64,000 nucleotides of DNA from Acidobacteriota bacterium. GTDB taxonomy: Bacteria; Acidobacteriota; Vicinamibacteria; Vicinamibacterales; UBA2999. Shown in pieces: positions 62,373-64,000 of this stretch. Below the pieces are notes generated by a model. That model searched no databases and had not been told where the DNA came from. It saw only the letters and a list, made by a program, of their open reading frames with translations. Numbering within the stretch: position 1 is the first letter of the stretch; each line of letters begins with the position of its first letter. Where the stretch lies: NCBI GenBank assembly GCA_030697165.1, contig JAUYQQ010000023.1, forward strand, positions 286,681 to 350,680. The letters are read 5' to 3'. The position numbers were made by a program, and so were the translations under genes.

Positions 62373-63145
62373 CGCTGCACGTAGGTGAAGTTGCGACGCG
62401 CAGCGCCGGTGAATCCGGCACTCCGGTAGTCGTCGAGGGAATAGCCGGCCGCGAGGGCCTCGTCCAGTAGCTGGTCGAACAACGCCTGCAGCTCTGGCCG
62501 AGGGTGCGGCAGGATGGCGCCGGCATACCAATGCGAGCGGCCTTCGCGTTGCAGCCGCGGGATCGCGTGCTTCAAGTGAAGCTGGTGCTCGATCCTGGTG
62601 TAGTGAATCGCCTTGACGCGCGGGTCGCCGAGCTCGTAGCCGCGCAGGTCACCGCAGTCCCAGTTGCCGTCAAAGGGCGCCAACACTTCAGGGTGCGCCC
62701 GGAAGTAGTTCAGCACCGTGCCGTGCGCATCCGACAGCCGGCGCAAGGCGTCGAGCGGCGGCACGTGGCGCCTGGCACGCTCGCAATCGAACAGAATGCA
62801 AGACGTGGTCAGCTTGCCCGTAGCGCTGCGCACCAGCGCAACATCCGGGATGTCCTGCGCCCACAACTCGGCGAGATCGGCCACGAACAGAAAGTCGACG
62901 TCGGTGTAGATCGCCCGGCCCTTGAACTCGCAGACACCCGGGATCGACCAGCGGAAGTGCGTGAACGGCGTGCGCCCGGTGCCGCAGGCCCAGCCGCTCC
63001 ACGGGCCATGCGACGACTGCCGCATCCACGTGATGTCGAGGGGCAGGCTGCAATGCTTGCGCGCCGAGTATTCGAGAACCATCTCGGCCTCGAGGTCCTC
63101 GGAGTTGGCGCTGGTGCCGACGAAGAGACGAATCGGATCGCTCAT
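62369..63145 (-). CDS. GT8-like glycosyltransferase
   Basis: ATG 63145 inside ORF 62369..63271. IRLFVGTS...LEYSARKH, RAIYTDVDFLFVADLAELW (DxD), NWDCG. Confidence 0.65.
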   Translation of the reverse strand: MSDPIRLFVGTSANSEDLEAEMVLEYSARKHCSLPLDITWMRQSSHGPWSGWACGTGRTPFTHFRWSIPGVCEFKGRAIYTDVDFLFVADLAELWAQDIPDVALVRSATGKLTTSCILFDCERARRHVPPLDALRRLSDAHGTVLNYFRAHPEVLAPFDGNWDCGDLRGYELGDPRVKAIHYTRIEHQLHLKHAIPRLQREGRSHWYAGAILPHPRPELQALFDQLLDEALAAGYSLDDYRSAGFTGAARRNFTYVQR

Positions 63146-63160
63146 AGGCTTGGCTTCGAA

Positions 63161-63289
63161 TGAGGTGCGGGTGGATTCGAACCACAGCCCGGAGCGTCGA
63201 GGGGTGTGCCCCTCTCCGAGCCCTGCACACAAGACCGGCATTCCAGAAGCGGCCTTGGTTGCACCGCCCATCCGGTTTCACTACACCTC
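63161..63289 (-). ncRNA. Non-canonical tRNA-like element (129 nt)
   Basis: Minus strand: 7-bp acceptor-like closing helix GAGGTGT/GCACCTC; adjacent T-arm GTGG-TTCGAAT-CCAC (GGTTCGAATCC consensus); 4-bp stem with a GG-containing loop (ACCG-gatggg-CGGT); 8-bp stem with a 12-nt loop; long hairpin with a GAGGGG-caca-CCCCTC tip. I could not fold it into a standard cloverleaf. Confidence 0.4.
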
Positions 63290-63914
63290 ATACGAACTCC
63301 TCGAGCGGCCGGCGCTCGAAACACGTGACGCGCGAGATGGGCGAGCAGTTGACAATGCGGACGCCCTTGGCCGCGGCATCGGCCCCCATCGCCGGCAGCA
63401 CGGCCATGTGGCGCTGAAAGTGGTCTTCGGGCGGAAACTGCAGCGGGTGCTTGCAGAAGTGCCCGCCACGCATGTCGTAGCCGACCAGGACGATCGTGTT
63501 GGCGCCGAAGTGGTAGGCCAGGTTGATGGCCGACGTGCCGGTGTCCAGGCCGGTGACGTGGTCGGTCAGGTCGCTCAGCGTGCCGTGCGCCTTCGACCGC
63601 GTCACCCGCTTGAAGACCGGATCCAACCCTTTGCAGTAGCGGCCGCGCACGATCGCGTGGCAGCCCGGGGCGTCTCGCTTGGTCCATCGCGGCAAGAGCC
63701 CGGCCGCGATCTCCTCGGTCCATTCACCGGACATGAAGAACACGTCGGCGTCTGGCCTGAGCACCACGCCGTGCTTCACGGCGATCACCGGCCCATTGAA
63801 TCGCCGGATCAGGTCCACCTGCGGACCCGCGCTCTCGCCAGTGCACACGACGAGACACGTGGCGCCTGGCCATTGCTTCGGCACATGCCATGGCGTCGGC
63901 GGCGTCCAGGTCAT
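63288..63914 (-). CDS. DUF115 / Maf-like (MptE-like) putative glycosyl- or nonulosonate-transferase
   Basis: ATG 63914 inside ORF 63288..63938 (ATGA overlap). ATCLVVCTGES...IAVKHG...FFMSGEW...GLDTGTSAINLAYHFGANTIVLVGYDM. Confidence 0.55.
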   Translation of the reverse strand: MTWTPPTPWHVPKQWPGATCLVVCTGESAGPQVDLIRRFNGPVIAVKHGVVLRPDADVFFMSGEWTEEIAAGLLPRWTKRDAPGCHAIVRGRYCKGLDPVFKRVTRSKAHGTLSDLTDHVTGLDTGTSAINLAYHFGANTIVLVGYDMRGGHFCKHPLQFPPEDHFQRHMAVLPAMGADAAAKGVRIVNCSPISRVTCFERRPLEEFV

Positions 63915-64000
63915 CCCTTGTCCTTGTCGGTGACCCACATCGGTTCACCGCGGCGCCGCTTGCGGAGGAACATGCCAATGTGGCCGAGGTCGATGGCGTG
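63911..64000 (-). CDS. 3' end of a further upstream gene of the same operon (partial)
   Basis: Hand translation: ...HAIDLGHIGMFLRKRRRGEPMWVTDKDKG, stop TGA 63911-63913. Too short to assign. Confidence 0.4.
   Translation of the reverse strand, partial: HAIDLGHIGMFLRKRRRGEPMWVTDKDKG

Larger units (their letters stand above)
37180..64000. mobile_element. Lambda-like (siphovirus-type) prophage or prophage remnant integrated next to tRNA-Arg; right end beyond the window
   Basis: It begins at the 3' side of the tRNA. It contains accessory/TA genes, lysis genes, tail fibre genes, tape measure, G/GT chaperones, gpZ-like, gpE-like capsid, gpD-like decoration, ClpP-type protease, lambda-type portal and gpW. 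No integrase, repressor, replication or terminase gene lies inside the window. Confidence 0.85.

Noticed and set aside
63161-63289. tRNA-like element as the attR/attL duplicate of tRNA-Arg
   Set aside because: Its T-arm and acceptor sequence (GGTTCGAATCCACCCGCACCTCA) differs from the tRNA-Arg 3' end (GGTTCGAGTCCTGCCGAGCGCACCA). It also lies inside an operon, not at an element boundary.

Overview
High-GC bacterial chromosome segment. The DUF1592/DUF1552 gene content suggests an Acidobacteriota- or Planctomycetota-like organism, but that is inference only. The window has three parts. (1) 1-17.9 kb is one co-directional minus-strand array. A three-gene cassette (heme-c DUF1592-type protein, Tat-exported DUF1552 protein, secreted ankyrin-repeat protein) is repeated three times in tandem and ends in a CBM9/DUF5916-like gene. 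(2) 18-37 kb holds periplasmic redox and housekeeping genes. These are a SorAB-like sulfite dehydrogenase and a cytochrome-c-fused PHM/DBH-type copper monooxygenase. Close to the monooxygenase lie a PAL-like NHL propeller, a HupE/UreJ permease and a small cytochrome c. The rest are a ROK kinase, an HD-GYP protein, a D-aminoacylase, a large GT-C-like membrane protein, pdxH, a TctC-TctB fusion plus TctA, and msrA. Almost every intergenic gap here carries a short-unit stutter palindrome or a REP-like hairpin. (3) tRNA-Arg(TCG) at 37103-37179 is followed by at least 27 kb of a lambda-like prophage that runs off the right edge. From the tRNA side the order is: ArdC-like, RHH and HigBA accessory genes; a lipoprotein/hydrolase/nuclease moron unit; lysis genes (TM-PAS protein plus GH24 lysozyme); tail fibre genes, tape measure and G/GT chaperones; tail and head genes (gpZ-like, gpE-like capsid, gpD-like decoration, ClpP-type protease, lambda-type portal, gpW). 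Where a terminase would be expected there is instead a tightly coupled operon of glycosyltransferases and methyltransferases containing a non-canonical tRNA-like element. The most interesting candidates are the phage-borne glycosylation/methylation operon, the split PAM-like (PHM + PAL) locus, the triplicated DUF1592/DUF1552/ankyrin cassette, and the membrane-anchored PAS protein in the holin position. All functional calls come from by-eye motif recognition. No searches were run.
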